Assembly: GCA_964591445.1 (NCBI GenBank)
Contig: CAZQAW010000002.1
Span: 67,394 to 131,393, forward strand
Reading direction: 5' to 3'
Length of the DNA stretch: 64,000 nucleotides
Source of the DNA: an uncultured Candidatus Saccharibacteria bacterium
GTDB taxonomy: Bacteria; Patescibacteriota; Minisyncoccia; Phycocordibacterales; UBA9973
Shown here one piece after another: positions 27,957 to 38,447 of this stretch (position 1 is its first letter; each line of letters starts with the position of its first letter). Both the position numbers and the translations under genes were made by a program. The notes beneath the pieces were generated by a model that searched no databases, was not told the origin of the DNA, and was given only the letters and a program-made list of their open reading frames with translations.

Positions 27957-29264
27957 TTACTGTGCTTCCTCACTATCAAGCACATTTGGATCAGCATCTT
28001 TTTCTTCAGTTGCTTCCGCTTCGGGCACTGTGTCGATCATTTCATCCACGATTTCTTCTGTTTCAATATTCTCGTCTTCATCTTTCAAATCTGAAAGTTT
28101 CATAAATCCTTCGTCACTGTCGACACCGTCGCCGTCTCCAACAACTTCTTCACCTTTCACGCCTTTGATATCGATTCTCCAACCTGTAAGCTTTGCAGCA
28201 AGTCGAACGTTCTGTCCGCCTTTGCCGATTGCAAGAGATAGTTGGTCGTCTGCAACATCGATAGAAGCTTTGCGTTCGTCTTCATTGATTTCAATGTCCA
28301 ACACTTTCGCTGGAGAAAGAGAATTCGCTACGAATGTAAGCACGTTTTCAGACCAAGGAATGATGTCGATCTTTTCTCCGCCAAGTTCGCTCATGACTGT
28401 TGTTACGCGAACGCCTTTTTGTCCGACGCATGCACCGACAGGGTCGATGTGTTCATCGTTGCTCATCACCGCGATCTTGCTTCGGCTTCCTGCTTCGCGA
28501 GCGATGGATTTGATTTCGACAACTCCGTTGGCAATTTCCGGGGCTTCCATTGCAAAGAGTTTTTCAATAAGCTTTGGATGGCTGCGAGAAAGTCGCAAGT
28601 TTACTCCGCGAGGAGATTCTTCGACAGCGTAGAGATACGCCTTGATGCGGTCGCCTCGGCGATAGTGTTCGCCCGGGATCTGTTCTTCAAATGGAATCAC
28701 GCCTGTCGCTCGGTTGAAGTCGACGTACACCATACCGCGTTCGATTTTAGAAACCATACCGTTGATGATTTCGCCTTCTTTGTTTCCGTATTCATCGATA
28801 ATGCTTCCGCGTTCTGCTTCTCGGATGCGCTGGATGATCACTTGCTTTGCAGTTTGCGCTGCAATGCGTCCGTAGTCGTCTTTGCCTTCAAGAGGGAAGA
28901 CCATTTCGTCTTCGATCTCGGCATCCTTTTTCATTTTCTTCGCGTCTTCGAGCAAGATGTGATGTTCCGGGTTGAAGCGAACTCGTTCGTCGCCCTCAAT
29001 TTCTTCTGGCATGTCATTTTCGTCTTCGCCTTCAACTGGTATGCGAGTTGTCGTTTCGTCTACTACGATTTTCACTTGGTAGAAATCTGTCTTGCCTGTT
29101 TCAACGTCGAACTTCGCGCGGATGATCTGGCCTTTCTTTCCATAATCTTTCTTGTACGCGGCAGCAAGCGCTTGTTCGATCGCTTCAATAATTTTTTCTT
29201 TTGGAATCCGTCGCTCTTCTTCGAGTTGTTGAAGTGCGGAATTCATTGTTTTGAGGTCTAACAT
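27957..29264 (-). CDS. nusA: Transcription factor NusA
   Basis: YGRIAAQTAKQ, AREAGSRSKIAV, AIGKGGQNVRLA. Confidence 0.97.
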   Translation of the reverse strand: MLDLKTMNSALQQLEEERRIPKEKIIEAIEQALAAAYKKDYGKKGQIIRAKFDVETGKTDFYQVKIVVDETTTRIPVEGEDENDMPEEIEGDERVRFNPEHHILLEDAKKMKKDAEIEDEMVFPLEGKDDYGRIAAQTAKQVIIQRIREAERGSIIDEYGNKEGEIINGMVSKIERGMVYVDFNRATGVIPFEEQIPGEHYRRGDRIKAYLYAVEESPRGVNLRLSRSHPKLIEKLFAMEAPEIANGVVEIKSIAREAGSRSKIAVMSNDEHIDPVGACVGQKGVRVTTVMSELGGEKIDIIPWSENVLTFVANSLSPAKVLDIEINEDERKASIDVADDQLSLAIGKGGQNVRLAAKLTGWRIDIKGVKGEEVVGDGDGVDSDEGFMKLSDLKDEDENIETEEIVDEMIDTVPEAEATEEKDADPNVLDSEEAQ

Positions 29265-29449
29265 ATATTTAATTTTTTTAACCCCACTTCACTTACGTTT
29301 CGCGGGGCAAGCTTTTAATAAAAACGTCCGGGTTTCGTGACCGGACTTGTACTTTATGTATACCAAAAATGGTTCTCTTTGTCAAAAAGTATATTTATCC
29401 ACAAGAATTTTCTTAACGTCAACAACAAAGGTGATACTATATATAGTAT

Positions 29450-29752
29450 ATGGAACCGATTCCTTCCCAACCTCACGCATCGCGACGTCTTTTTATTTCG
29501 CTTATCGCGCTTATTGTTGTGGTTTTGATTGGGCTGTACCTTCATCGCGAACATGTCGTAGATGTTCCGTCGTTTCTTGATCGCGACACTACTCTTTCTG
29601 AAGAAGAACAAAAGGGAATTGTAAATATGAACGCATCGGGTCAAGCAAGTGAAGCGCAACTTTCTGCTCAGCAGAAAGCTATTACTTCAACACAGAAATC
29701 TTCTGGAAAACAAGGCATCTCCCTCGAAGAGCAGCAAAGTATTTTCAAATAA
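29450..29752 (+). CDS. Small single-TM hypothetical protein
   Basis: ORF with TM helix; first gene of the plus-strand run. Confidence 0.6.
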   Translation: MEPIPSQPHASRRLFISLIALIVVVLIGLYLHREHVVDVPSFLDRDTTLSEEEQKGIVNMNASGQASEAQLSAQQKAITSTQKSSGKQGISLEEQQSIFK

Positions 29753-29780
29753 TATGTTCCGCCACTTCTTTCACTTCAAT

Positions 29781-31541
29781 ATGAATCTCAAAAGAGCGCT
29801 CGCTCCGCTCGCGCTCTTCCTCATTGTCGGCATCTCATCCGTCGTTTTTCCCATGATGGCAAAAGGCGCGCCGGTTCCTCCGACTGCTCAGCAGTCTCTT
29901 GTCGGCTACGCACTTACAAATACGTATGGACTCATCAGTTTTAGTGGGCCTTCGCACGGTGTTTTTGTCGACGCATTGGGCAATCTTACAGGATACGCTT
30001 GGAGTGAAAACGTTGGTTGGCTCAAATTTGGCGGACTTTCCGGTTTCCCTACGACAGACCCGACGGTAACAAGCGCCAACGCAAAGATCGTTACGAGCGG
30101 CGGAGTAAGATACTTGAAAGGCTGGGCGCGATTTTGCTCGCCAGTTGCCGGATTGCCAAGCTGTATTCCGGGAGAAAACTATTCTATGAATGGTGGATGG
30201 ACTGGCTGGGTGTCTTTTGATGGATCAAACCGCACTATTTCTATTTCAAACACAGAAACTCCTGCCGGCTCTGACAAATATCCACTTTCTGGCTATGGCT
30301 GGGGTGCAGATATGGTAAGTATCAATGGCCTTCCTGAACCGCAGACTGTTTCTGGCACGCCTCCTACTATATATAATATGCGTCCCGGTGTGGGCTGGGT
30401 AGATATGTCTGGTGTTGCGCTTGTTGACGATGTTGTAGTAGAAGAAGAGCTCACTCCAAAACTTTATATTTCTGCTTCACCAAACCCAACTTCAAGCGGA
30501 GATACGAACCTCACATACTACACAGACCCTGGTTCAAGCTTCCAAACTTGCGCGGGCGGTTTGGCGGTAGACAATATTACGGGTACTTCACAAAGTGTTG
30601 CTGGTTGGACAGGCCCACTTCTGACGCTTGGCGGATCGACCATCACTCGCACGGTGTTAAACGTAAACGTGCCATATGACGAAACAGTCTTTGCCGTTTC
30701 GTGTTACCATGCAGCGACAACTACTACAGTTACAACAACTATTTTAGTAGAAAAACTTCCACTTGCTCTTACTCCAAAAATCGATTTGTGTTTAGTAGAT
30801 CCAACTACTGGCTTGAATGCTTCTGGTTGTGGCGCTGGTACTGTAAACGTTACTCAGAACTACGCTTCAACTGCAACTATCGCGCAGCTTATTTGGAAAT
30901 CTGTAACGCCGGGTGTGACTTACACAAGTTGTGCCGGTGTCGGCGGAATGGCTTCCGACTGGGATCGTGTTAACCAAACTCCGGTGCCGGGCACAAGCTA
31001 TTCTCCTGTCAGATCTCGACTCATGCATCCAACTCAAGCAACAACTGTGTACCAACTCAAATGTACTGACGCAGACACTGGTTTGCCTGTTGTCTCAAAC
31101 ACAGCAACTGCGTTCCGTGTGCCAGACGTTCTTGATCCACAAGTCGATCTCAAAGTAGATATCGCTGGCGACTCTATTCCAAGCTTCTCTGACGGACCAC
31201 TCATCTTCTCTACAACTTCTGGTGGAAGTGTTGACCTCATGTGGGAAACACAAGACATCACCAGCCCTTACTGCCAAGTGACTTCAACGCAAGTATACGA
31301 AGATCCGGTTACAGGAACACAAACTAATGTACAAGGCGCATGGCCGCTTCACAATGTTTCCTCAGCATCATTCTCGACCGAAAGTGTAAGCATTTCTTCA
31401 ACAACAACATTCCGTATCGACTGTCCGGATCCAACTGGAGTTTCTCGAAGTGTTTCTGACTTGGCAAAAGTTCGCGTGCCAGGTACGTTAGACCCAGCTG
31501 ATCCTGCCGGTCCGAAGAAGCCAAAGTTTATTGAAATATAA
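29781..31541 (+). CDS. Secreted surface protein with GYAW-type repeats and Ig-like domains
   Basis: Signal peptide; GYAWSENVGWLKF, GWARF, GYGWG; ends PKFIEI; start may be 29754. Confidence 0.78.
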   Translation: MNLKRALAPLALFLIVGISSVVFPMMAKGAPVPPTAQQSLVGYALTNTYGLISFSGPSHGVFVDALGNLTGYAWSENVGWLKFGGLSGFPTTDPTVTSANAKIVTSGGVRYLKGWARFCSPVAGLPSCIPGENYSMNGGWTGWVSFDGSNRTISISNTETPAGSDKYPLSGYGWGADMVSINGLPEPQTVSGTPPTIYNMRPGVGWVDMSGVALVDDVVVEEELTPKLYISASPNPTSSGDTNLTYYTDPGSSFQTCAGGLAVDNITGTSQSVAGWTGPLLTLGGSTITRTVLNVNVPYDETVFAVSCYHAATTTTVTTTILVEKLPLALTPKIDLCLVDPTTGLNASGCGAGTVNVTQNYASTATIAQLIWKSVTPGVTYTSCAGVGGMASDWDRVNQTPVPGTSYSPVRSRLMHPTQATTVYQLKCTDADTGLPVVSNTATAFRVPDVLDPQVDLKVDIAGDSIPSFSDGPLIFSTTSGGSVDLMWETQDITSPYCQVTSTQVYEDPVTGTQTNVQGAWPLHNVSSASFSTESVSISSTTTFRIDCPDPTGVSRSVSDLAKVRVPGTLDPADPAGPKKPKFIEI

Positions 31542-31628
31542 GTTGTGCACTCGCGGTTTATACAAAGTGTCGTATACTTATAGTATTGAAATCCATTAGC
31601 AATTATCAATTTTATTTTTGTAAGTAGT

Positions 31629-33032
31629 ATGAAAAAACAATTCGTCACATATGCAAAGATGTTCATAGTCGCAGTCGCCATTTTTTCTGGCGTGGGTTAC
31701 ATCTCTGCGCAAACTCCTCCGCCATGTTCAAGCCCGAGCGCTTGTAACGTTGCAGCTCCGGTAAATATTGGCACGACTGGCCAGATCAAAAATGGCAGTT
31801 TCGGAGTCGGTGGTGCATCGAGCAGTTTCTTTGTTTCGTTCTTCAAGTCATACTTGATGGGCGAAACGTGGGTAGGTCATGATGGAAGTATTATCAGCGC
31901 TGCAGGTTTTGCTGCGCCGGGAACACTTAAGGTGTATGGTGGTGCAAATAAATACGGCATCTTTGATGGAGCCTATGCAAAATTCGGTGATGTAAACAAT
32001 GGCAAATATCTCGAACTTGGTTACGACGGAGCGCATTCGACTATCGATGGCAAGCATTCAAATTCGGGCGACCGTGGACTTCTTCTCAATTATTATTCTG
32101 GTGGCAATGTTGGCATCGGTGGTGGGCCTGGTGGAAACAGTAACCTTACTGTTTCTGGTGATGCAACTATTTCTGAAAATGCTTACATACAAAACGGCAA
32201 ACTTGCTATAGGTAACAACGGAGGACAAGTTGAACGTTTGCAAGTTACCGGAGGTGCGAGAATTGACTCCGGATATGTTGTCGGAAACCTTGATGTTGGA
32301 AATGAACTTACTGTTGATGTTGATATCCGTGTATCAAGCAAGGGAGGTTCAGGCAATGCATACGCATGTTTTGATGCCAGCGGAAATCTATTTCGTTCAG
32401 ATACTCCATGTATCACCGCTCCACCACCTGCAACGGGTACCGCGACATTCTCTACTCCTGGAACTTCAAACTGGACAGTACCAGCCGGCGTAACTTCTAT
32501 CACAGTTAAGATTTGGGGCGCTGGCGGAGGCGGAGCTTCAGGTTCTTTTTTTGGTCCAGGAGTTGATGGTACAGATGGCGGTAATTCTGAATTCAAAAAT
32601 GGCGGCACTACAGTATTGTTTGCCGGTGGAGGTGAAAAAGGTATATCTATGTCAACTTACCCTGGTAATGGAAATTCACGTGGGGGTGATGGAGGAACCG
32701 CTTGGGGAGGTACAATAAATAATACGGGAAGTGATGGTGGCGAGACTTGTTCTTTTGTGCCGTCTCAAACTACGGGGGGTGTTCCAAGTCCTTCTGCGCC
32801 GGTTGCTGGTAAGGGTGTAGGTGGAGGTGGTAATTGTGGTTCAGGTGGAGCTGGAAACAACAAAGGACCTGGTGCGGGTGGAGGTGGCGGTTATTCTCAA
32901 GGAACATTTACTGTAGTTCCTGGTGGAGCTTATACTCTTGTTATTGGTGGTGCTGGTCTTGGTGGAGATGTTTTTGGAAGCCAAGATGATGGTTATCCTG
33001 GTGGTGCTGGTTACGCAACGATTTCTTACTAA
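31629..33032 (+). CDS. Secreted fibre-like protein with C-terminal glycine-rich domain
   Basis: NVAAPVNIGTTGQIK; WTVPAGVTSITVKIWGAGGGG. Confidence 0.8.
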   Translation: MKKQFVTYAKMFIVAVAIFSGVGYISAQTPPPCSSPSACNVAAPVNIGTTGQIKNGSFGVGGASSSFFVSFFKSYLMGETWVGHDGSIISAAGFAAPGTLKVYGGANKYGIFDGAYAKFGDVNNGKYLELGYDGAHSTIDGKHSNSGDRGLLLNYYSGGNVGIGGGPGGNSNLTVSGDATISENAYIQNGKLAIGNNGGQVERLQVTGGARIDSGYVVGNLDVGNELTVDVDIRVSSKGGSGNAYACFDASGNLFRSDTPCITAPPPATGTATFSTPGTSNWTVPAGVTSITVKIWGAGGGGASGSFFGPGVDGTDGGNSEFKNGGTTVLFAGGGEKGISMSTYPGNGNSRGGDGGTAWGGTINNTGSDGGETCSFVPSQTTGGVPSPSAPVAGKGVGGGGNCGSGGAGNNKGPGAGGGGGYSQGTFTVVPGGAYTLVIGGAGLGGDVFGSQDDGYPGGAGYATISY

Positions 33033-33114
33033 TACTAAAAAATATACAGCACAAAAAATCAGCCTTCGGGCTGATTTTTTGTGCTTGGTCTTTCTGCCGT
33101 GCTACAATGCTCGT

Positions 33115-33867
33115 ATGAAAACACTCATCATTGGTAACTGGAAGGCGAACCCTGCGCATTTCAAACAAGCAGAAGAACTTTTCAAGAATGCAAAAAAAGT
33201 TGGAAGCAAACTTCGCAACGTCGAAGTCGCGCTTGCAGCGCCGGCAGTATTTCTTTCCGGATTGAAATCGTACAAAGCTATGCTCGCTGCACAAGATGTT
33301 TCGACAGTTGGAGAAGGCCCGCACACCGGTGAAGTTACCAGCGCAATGCTTCGAGATATCGGAGTACAATACGTCATCGTTGGACATTCAGAGAGACGCG
33401 CGGCAGGCGAAACAAACGAAATCGTTTCAATAAAAATAAAAAATGCTTGGAAAGCGCACCTTACTCCTGTGGTATGTGTCGGAGAAATGGAACGCGATGC
33501 GTTTGGAAAGTTTTGGAACGCTTTGCGAGAACAGATCGAGAGCACATTTGCTGGTGCGCAGAAGTCTTGGTTGAAAGATATCATTGTTGCGTACGAGCCC
33601 GTGTGGGCGCTTTCGACAACTGCAAATCGCCACGATGTTACAAGTGCGGAAGTTCACGAAGCCACTATTTTTATCCGCAAAGTATTGGCAGACATGTTCG
33701 GACAAAAAGAAAGCATGAGTGTGAGAATCATTTACGGTGGATCAGTGAATAGTAAAAACGCAGAAGACATTTTAAAAAACGGAAATGTGACAGGTCTTCT
33801 TCCTGGCAAAGCAAGTTTGAATGCAAAAGAATTTGCACGCATACTTACTATAGCGAACACAAAATAG
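33115..33867 (+). CDS. tpiA: Triosephosphate isomerase
   Basis: GNWK, GHSERR, AYEPVWA, YGGSV. Confidence 0.96.
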   Translation: MKTLIIGNWKANPAHFKQAEELFKNAKKVGSKLRNVEVALAAPAVFLSGLKSYKAMLAAQDVSTVGEGPHTGEVTSAMLRDIGVQYVIVGHSERRAAGETNEIVSIKIKNAWKAHLTPVVCVGEMERDAFGKFWNALREQIESTFAGAQKSWLKDIIVAYEPVWALSTTANRHDVTSAEVHEATIFIRKVLADMFGQKESMSVRIIYGGSVNSKNAEDILKNGNVTGLLPGKASLNAKEFARILTIANTK

Positions 33868-33868
33868 T

Positions 33869-34996
33869 ATGAACTACCCAACTCTCAAAGAACTCAAAAA
33901 CTTGAAAGGTACACGCGTCATTGTCCGAGTAGATTTCAATGTTCCGCTTGATGCAAAAGGAAAAATCGAAGACACGTTTCGGATCGATTCTGCGCTTCCG
34001 ACTTTGGAATACTTGCGAAATAAAGGCGCGCGGATTATTCTTGTTTCACATATCGGCAAAGATGGCGCGACCAGTTTGAAAGTTGTGCACGCATATTTGA
34101 ATAAGAAATTCCCGCTCGCATTCTCAAAAGATGTGGTTGGCTCTGAAGTAGAAAAGCAAGTCTACGCAATGAAAGCTGGCGATGCGATTTTGCTTGAAAA
34201 TGTTCGTAAAGAAGTTGGAGAAATGGGAAATTCAAAAATCTTTGCGCTTGAACTTGCAAAGCTTGGCGAAGCATACGTGAACGAAGCTTTTTCTGTTTCT
34301 CATCGTGCACATGCGAGCTTGGTGCTTGTGCCAAAACTTGTGCCCTCATATATTGGTTTGCAGTGTGAAAAAGAAGTCAAAGAACTTTCTAAAGTGCACG
34401 ACAATGTAAAACACCCTTTTCTTTTTATCTTGGGTGGTGCAAAGTTTGAAACGAAAATGCCGCTTATCAAAACGTTTTTGAAAACTGCCGACACGGTGTT
34501 CGTGGGCGGTGCGCTTGCAAACAACTTTTTGAAACTCGAAGGCTACAATGTCGGTAAAAGTTTGATCGATGAAGACGTGAAAGGCTTAGAAAAAATTGCC
34601 AAGAACAAAAAGCTTCTGCTTCCGGTAGATTTGATAGTTGAAAATGGAAAGACGAAAAAAGAAATCGGTCTTGATGAAGTAAAACATGGCGACATGATAG
34701 TCGATATGGGCAAAGCAAGCGTTGCGCTTTTGGAAACATATATCAAAAAAGCAAAAATGATTGTCTGGAACGGCCCGCTTGGCAAAGGCTCAAACACAAA
34801 AGCAACTTCCGCAATTTTACATTTACTTGCACAAAATAAAGCAACGAGAATTATTGGTGGGGGAGATACGGCAGAGATTATTGATGAACTGAAACTCAAA
34901 GACAAAGTTGGATTTGTTTCAACCGGCGGCGGAGCAGCGATAGATTTCTTGATAGACGAAAAACTTCCTGCGCTTCAAGCCCTCAAAACTAAATAA
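33869..34996 (+). CDS. pgk: Phosphoglycerate kinase
   Basis: RVDFNVP, LLENVR, WNGPLG, STGGGA. Confidence 0.96.
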   Translation: MNYPTLKELKNLKGTRVIVRVDFNVPLDAKGKIEDTFRIDSALPTLEYLRNKGARIILVSHIGKDGATSLKVVHAYLNKKFPLAFSKDVVGSEVEKQVYAMKAGDAILLENVRKEVGEMGNSKIFALELAKLGEAYVNEAFSVSHRAHASLVLVPKLVPSYIGLQCEKEVKELSKVHDNVKHPFLFILGGAKFETKMPLIKTFLKTADTVFVGGALANNFLKLEGYNVGKSLIDEDVKGLEKIAKNKKLLLPVDLIVENGKTKKEIGLDEVKHGDMIVDMGKASVALLETYIKKAKMIVWNGPLGKGSNTKATSAILHLLAQNKATRIIGGGDTAEIIDELKLKDKVGFVSTGGGAAIDFLIDEKLPALQALKTK

Positions 34997-35300
34997 GTGT
35001 TCGCGGGATCAAATGAATATGAAAGTGTGGGACATCTTTGCCTATTACTTTGAGTTCAACGTATTCGCAACCAAGGCGTGATTTCATTTCGAGCATCATG
35101 TGTTTTGCTTGCACAAATATTTTTGCAATGATTTCATCCGGAGCATCTTGCATCCACACGTAAGGATGTTTTGAAATAAGCAGTGTGTGGCCTGGTGCGG
35201 CGGGATGAATATCTAAAAATGCGATCATTTCGTCGTTTTCAAATACGATGTCTGCTGGAATTTCTCTGTCTATAATCTTTTGAAATATTGTTTTCTCCAT
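34989..35300 (-). CDS. HIT family nucleotide hydrolase
   Basis: TIFQKII..VPHFHIHLIPR. Confidence 0.93.
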   Translation of the reverse strand: MEKTIFQKIIDREIPADIVFENDEMIAFLDIHPAAPGHTLLISKHPYVWMQDAPDEIIAKIFVQAKHMMLEMKSRLGCEYVELKVIGKDVPHFHIHLIPRTLI

Positions 35301-35323
35301 ATGGGTTCATTATATGGTAAAAT

Positions 35324-35471
35324 AGAAAAAGTGGAAAATATGATTTGAAATGCCTTGCGCAAGGTCGTCTACAGATGTCTGTCTTACCCGACAGACCCGT
35401 CGGGCCGAGCAGAGCAAAAATTCAGCAGAATTTTATGTCGTGCATTTCAAATCATATTTTCCACTTTTTCT
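35324..35471 (+). repeat. Structured element with perfect 30-bp terminal inverted repeats (copy A), forming the recJ leader
   Basis: Arms 35324-35353 and 35442-35471; core shared with 47359-47475. Confidence 0.85.
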
Positions 35472-35474
35472 TAT

Positions 35475-37151
35475 ATGAAACCTATCCCAGACGAACTATC
35501 TACATATACGCCGCTACTCGGCCGACTGCTTACAAACCGCGACATTGTCACTTTCAAAGACGCAGAACATTTTTTGAATCCTTCTTTTACGCGCGACTTG
35601 GCAGACCCGTTCGGTATTCACGATATGGAAAAGGCGACGGTGCGGATTTACGAAGCAATGGAAGCGAAAGAAAAAATTGTGGTTTTTGCGGATTATGATT
35701 GCGACGGCATTCCAGGTGCGGTGATTATGCATGACTTTTTTACAAAGCTTGGTTATGAGAACTTTGAAATATACATTCCCGACAGACATCACGAAGGATA
35801 TGGCTTGAGTATTCCCGCGATAGAAAAGTTTCGTGACAACGAAGTAAAATTAATTATTACCATCGATCTTGGAACTTCAAACGTCGAAGAAATCGCGCAA
35901 GCGGAAGCGTTTGGAATTGATGTTATAGTCACTGATCACCATTTACCGAAAACAGATGTGCCGCATGCGTACGCAATTGTGAATCCAAAACTAAGTCCTG
36001 ATTATAACGATATCATGCTCTGCGGTTCCGGAGTTGTATTTCGTCTTGTGCAAGCATTCCTTACAAAGTATCGTGAATACTACAAAGTCCAAGACGGATG
36101 GGAAAAATGGTTGCTCGACATGGCCGGCCTCGCAACGCTTTCAGACATGGTGCCGCTGGTCAAAGAAAACCGCGTGCTCGCATACTACGGCATGATGGTG
36201 TTGAAAAAAAGTCCACGACCTGGTTTGCTTCGCTTGCTTTATAAAATGAAAGTCGATCCGCGTACAATGACCGAAGACGATATTGCCTTTATGCTCACTC
36301 CGCGCATCAATGCTGCTTCGCGCATGGACAATCCGCTTCGCGCTTTCGAACTTCTTTCTACTCGCGATAGTGTGAAAGCGGGTGCACTTGCTGACCATTT
36401 GACAAACATAAATGACGAACGAAAAACACTGGTTGCAACGATCATGAAAGAAGCGCATCACACTTTGCGCGAGAGAGAAGAGAAGCATGTGATCGTCATT
36501 GGCAACCCAAAATGGCGCGTTGGTGTGCTTGGGCTTGTCGCTTCGAAGATTATGGAAGAATATAAAAAGCCGACATTTGTGTGGGGGCTTGAAGGTGCGA
36601 GCGTGATCAAAGGTTCGTGTCGAAGCGACGGCAGTGTGAACTTGGTGTCGCTTATGGCGCACATTCCAAAAGATTCACTTCTCGAATTCGGCGGGCATGA
36701 ACTTGCCGGAGGATTTTCTGTGAGTCACGAAAGCGTGCATTTTCTCGAAGAGCATCTTAGTGCAAGTTACACCGAAATAAAAAAAGAAGGAGCGATTGTT
36801 TCTGCAAATCCTATCGACATGCATTTGACGCTCGACGATGTGACGATGAAGAATTACAAAGACATTGCAAAGCTCGCACCGTTTGGTGTTGGGAATCCGA
36901 AGCCGACATTTCTGTTTGAAAATGTGATGATCCAAAACGTCAAAGAATTTGGGAAAGAGCAAAACCACCTTGAACTGTGTTTTGAAAATTCAAACAGCAG
37001 GCCGATCAAAGCGATAGCATTCTTTAAAACGCGCGCGTCCTACGGCCGCGCGCTTCAAAAAGGCGTTGCCATAAATCTTGTAGCAACCTTTGAACTTTCC
37101 AACTTTGCCGGCAGGGAAGAGCTGCGGCTACGCATAGTTGATATTTTATAA
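35475..37151 (+). CDS. recJ: Single-stranded-DNA exonuclease RecJ
   Basis: DYDCDG, TDHH, PRINAASR, GGHELAGG, PFGVGNP. Confidence 0.96.
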   Translation: MKPIPDELSTYTPLLGRLLTNRDIVTFKDAEHFLNPSFTRDLADPFGIHDMEKATVRIYEAMEAKEKIVVFADYDCDGIPGAVIMHDFFTKLGYENFEIYIPDRHHEGYGLSIPAIEKFRDNEVKLIITIDLGTSNVEEIAQAEAFGIDVIVTDHHLPKTDVPHAYAIVNPKLSPDYNDIMLCGSGVVFRLVQAFLTKYREYYKVQDGWEKWLLDMAGLATLSDMVPLVKENRVLAYYGMMVLKKSPRPGLLRLLYKMKVDPRTMTEDDIAFMLTPRINAASRMDNPLRAFELLSTRDSVKAGALADHLTNINDERKTLVATIMKEAHHTLREREEKHVIVIGNPKWRVGVLGLVASKIMEEYKKPTFVWGLEGASVIKGSCRSDGSVNLVSLMAHIPKDSLLEFGGHELAGGFSVSHESVHFLEEHLSASYTEIKKEGAIVSANPIDMHLTLDDVTMKNYKDIAKLAPFGVGNPKPTFLFENVMIQNVKEFGKEQNHLELCFENSNSRPIKAIAFFKTRASYGRALQKGVAINLVATFELSNFAGREELRLRIVDIL

Positions 37152-37154
37152 CCC

Positions 37155-37207
37155 CACCCCTCCGTCTCGGAATACCGAGCCACCTCCCCTTTAAAAGGGG
37201 AGGAAAA
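37155..37207 (+). repeat. REP-like unit after recJ
   Basis: CACCCCTCCGTCTCGGAATACCGAGCCACCTCCCCTTTAAAAGGGGAGGAAAA. Confidence 0.85.
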
Positions 37208-37300
37208 CACGAGTTCTTGACTTTTTATACAATATGGTGTAAAGTGTGGTCAAACGAATTTTAAAATAACAAATAATTAAACTAAAACAAATTTACAACA

Positions 37301-38230
37301 ATGAAAAGACTCATTATTCTCTTGGCGGTTATAGCGTCTACGCTTCCGTCTACGTCCAATGCTCAGTGTACTGGACTTGGTTTTACTGCTGGTGCTTCAC
37401 CGACTATCCCTTCTTGTATGCGTACAGGGGATACTACTAGTGTTTGGTTGTCCTGGTGTTCTGATGCTGGATATACTTATGACATTGTAAAGCCGGATGG
37501 AAGTTCAGAGGTTACTCAGTTACAGACAGGATTTTACACTTTGGGCTCGATTGGTGCCCAAACAGCCACGAAGTACAATGGTAACTGGAAAGTTAAAAAA
37601 TACTTCAACGGTAATCCTTTGCCTGTAGATAGTGGTGTGTGTACAATTGCTTACGCTGCACCTGCGGTATATGTTACACCTATGCCAAGCACACCAACGC
37701 CCGAAATCTATATTTGGCAATGCGCAACCATTACTGTTTCCCCTCAGTCACCCTGTTATACTTATCAGTGGCACAAGAAACAATCAAACGGAAGCTGGGC
37801 TATGATTTCTGGAGCAACAGGTCTAACTTATAAGACAAAACTCTTGGAATTAGGCACATTTGCTTGCGAAATTATCGATCAAACAGGCGGGCACAGCGTT
37901 TTTACTACCTACACGGTAACAATCAAACGCAAAAAACTGTTTTCTTGGTTCAGACAATCTGATCAAACACAAGACGATGTACCGATGTTTGAAGAAAAAC
38001 AGATAGCGGAACCGGAAATTGCTAAAATTCCATACTCACCTCGTGTGTATGACAAAGTCATTATTTATGATATAACTGGCAAAGAAATAGTACATTTTAC
38101 GAATATTTCATCAGATGTGAAAAATCATGAAATAATACAGAAATTGTCAGCCCGTCCAGGAATTTACTTTATATGCAAAATAAGCAACAATCAGGTTTTT
38201 GCAAAAGATAAAGTTATTAAGCAGCAATAA
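37301..38230 (+). CDS. Secreted Ig-like protein with T9SS-like C-terminal sorting domain
   Basis: Signal SNA-QC; YTYQW..ISGAT Ig motif; C-terminal IYDITGKEI..PGIYF..KVIKQ; TTGACT-N17-TAAAGT promoter. Confidence 0.8.
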   Translation: MKRLIILLAVIASTLPSTSNAQCTGLGFTAGASPTIPSCMRTGDTTSVWLSWCSDAGYTYDIVKPDGSSEVTQLQTGFYTLGSIGAQTATKYNGNWKVKKYFNGNPLPVDSGVCTIAYAAPAVYVTPMPSTPTPEIYIWQCATITVSPQSPCYTYQWHKKQSNGSWAMISGATGLTYKTKLLELGTFACEIIDQTGGHSVFTTYTVTIKRKKLFSWFRQSDQTQDDVPMFEEKQIAEPEIAKIPYSPRVYDKVIIYDITGKEIVHFTNISSDVKNHEIIQKLSARPGIYFICKISNNQVFAKDKVIKQQ

Positions 38231-38447
38231 TTAATTTTTTCGTTCATCTTGTTTTGTTGAAATAAAGCCCTCGATCAAATTGATCAGGGCTTTTTTTATT
38301 TGTTTTTACTTTATGTTTACTTGAAGTTATACACACATTTTATATACACGCTTGTTGAGACATTGTATACTTATATCTAATGGAGGCGTCTGTATGTAAC
38401 GCCTCGTCCGTTATTTTATTAATTATTTTTTATAAGCGTATTCGTAT

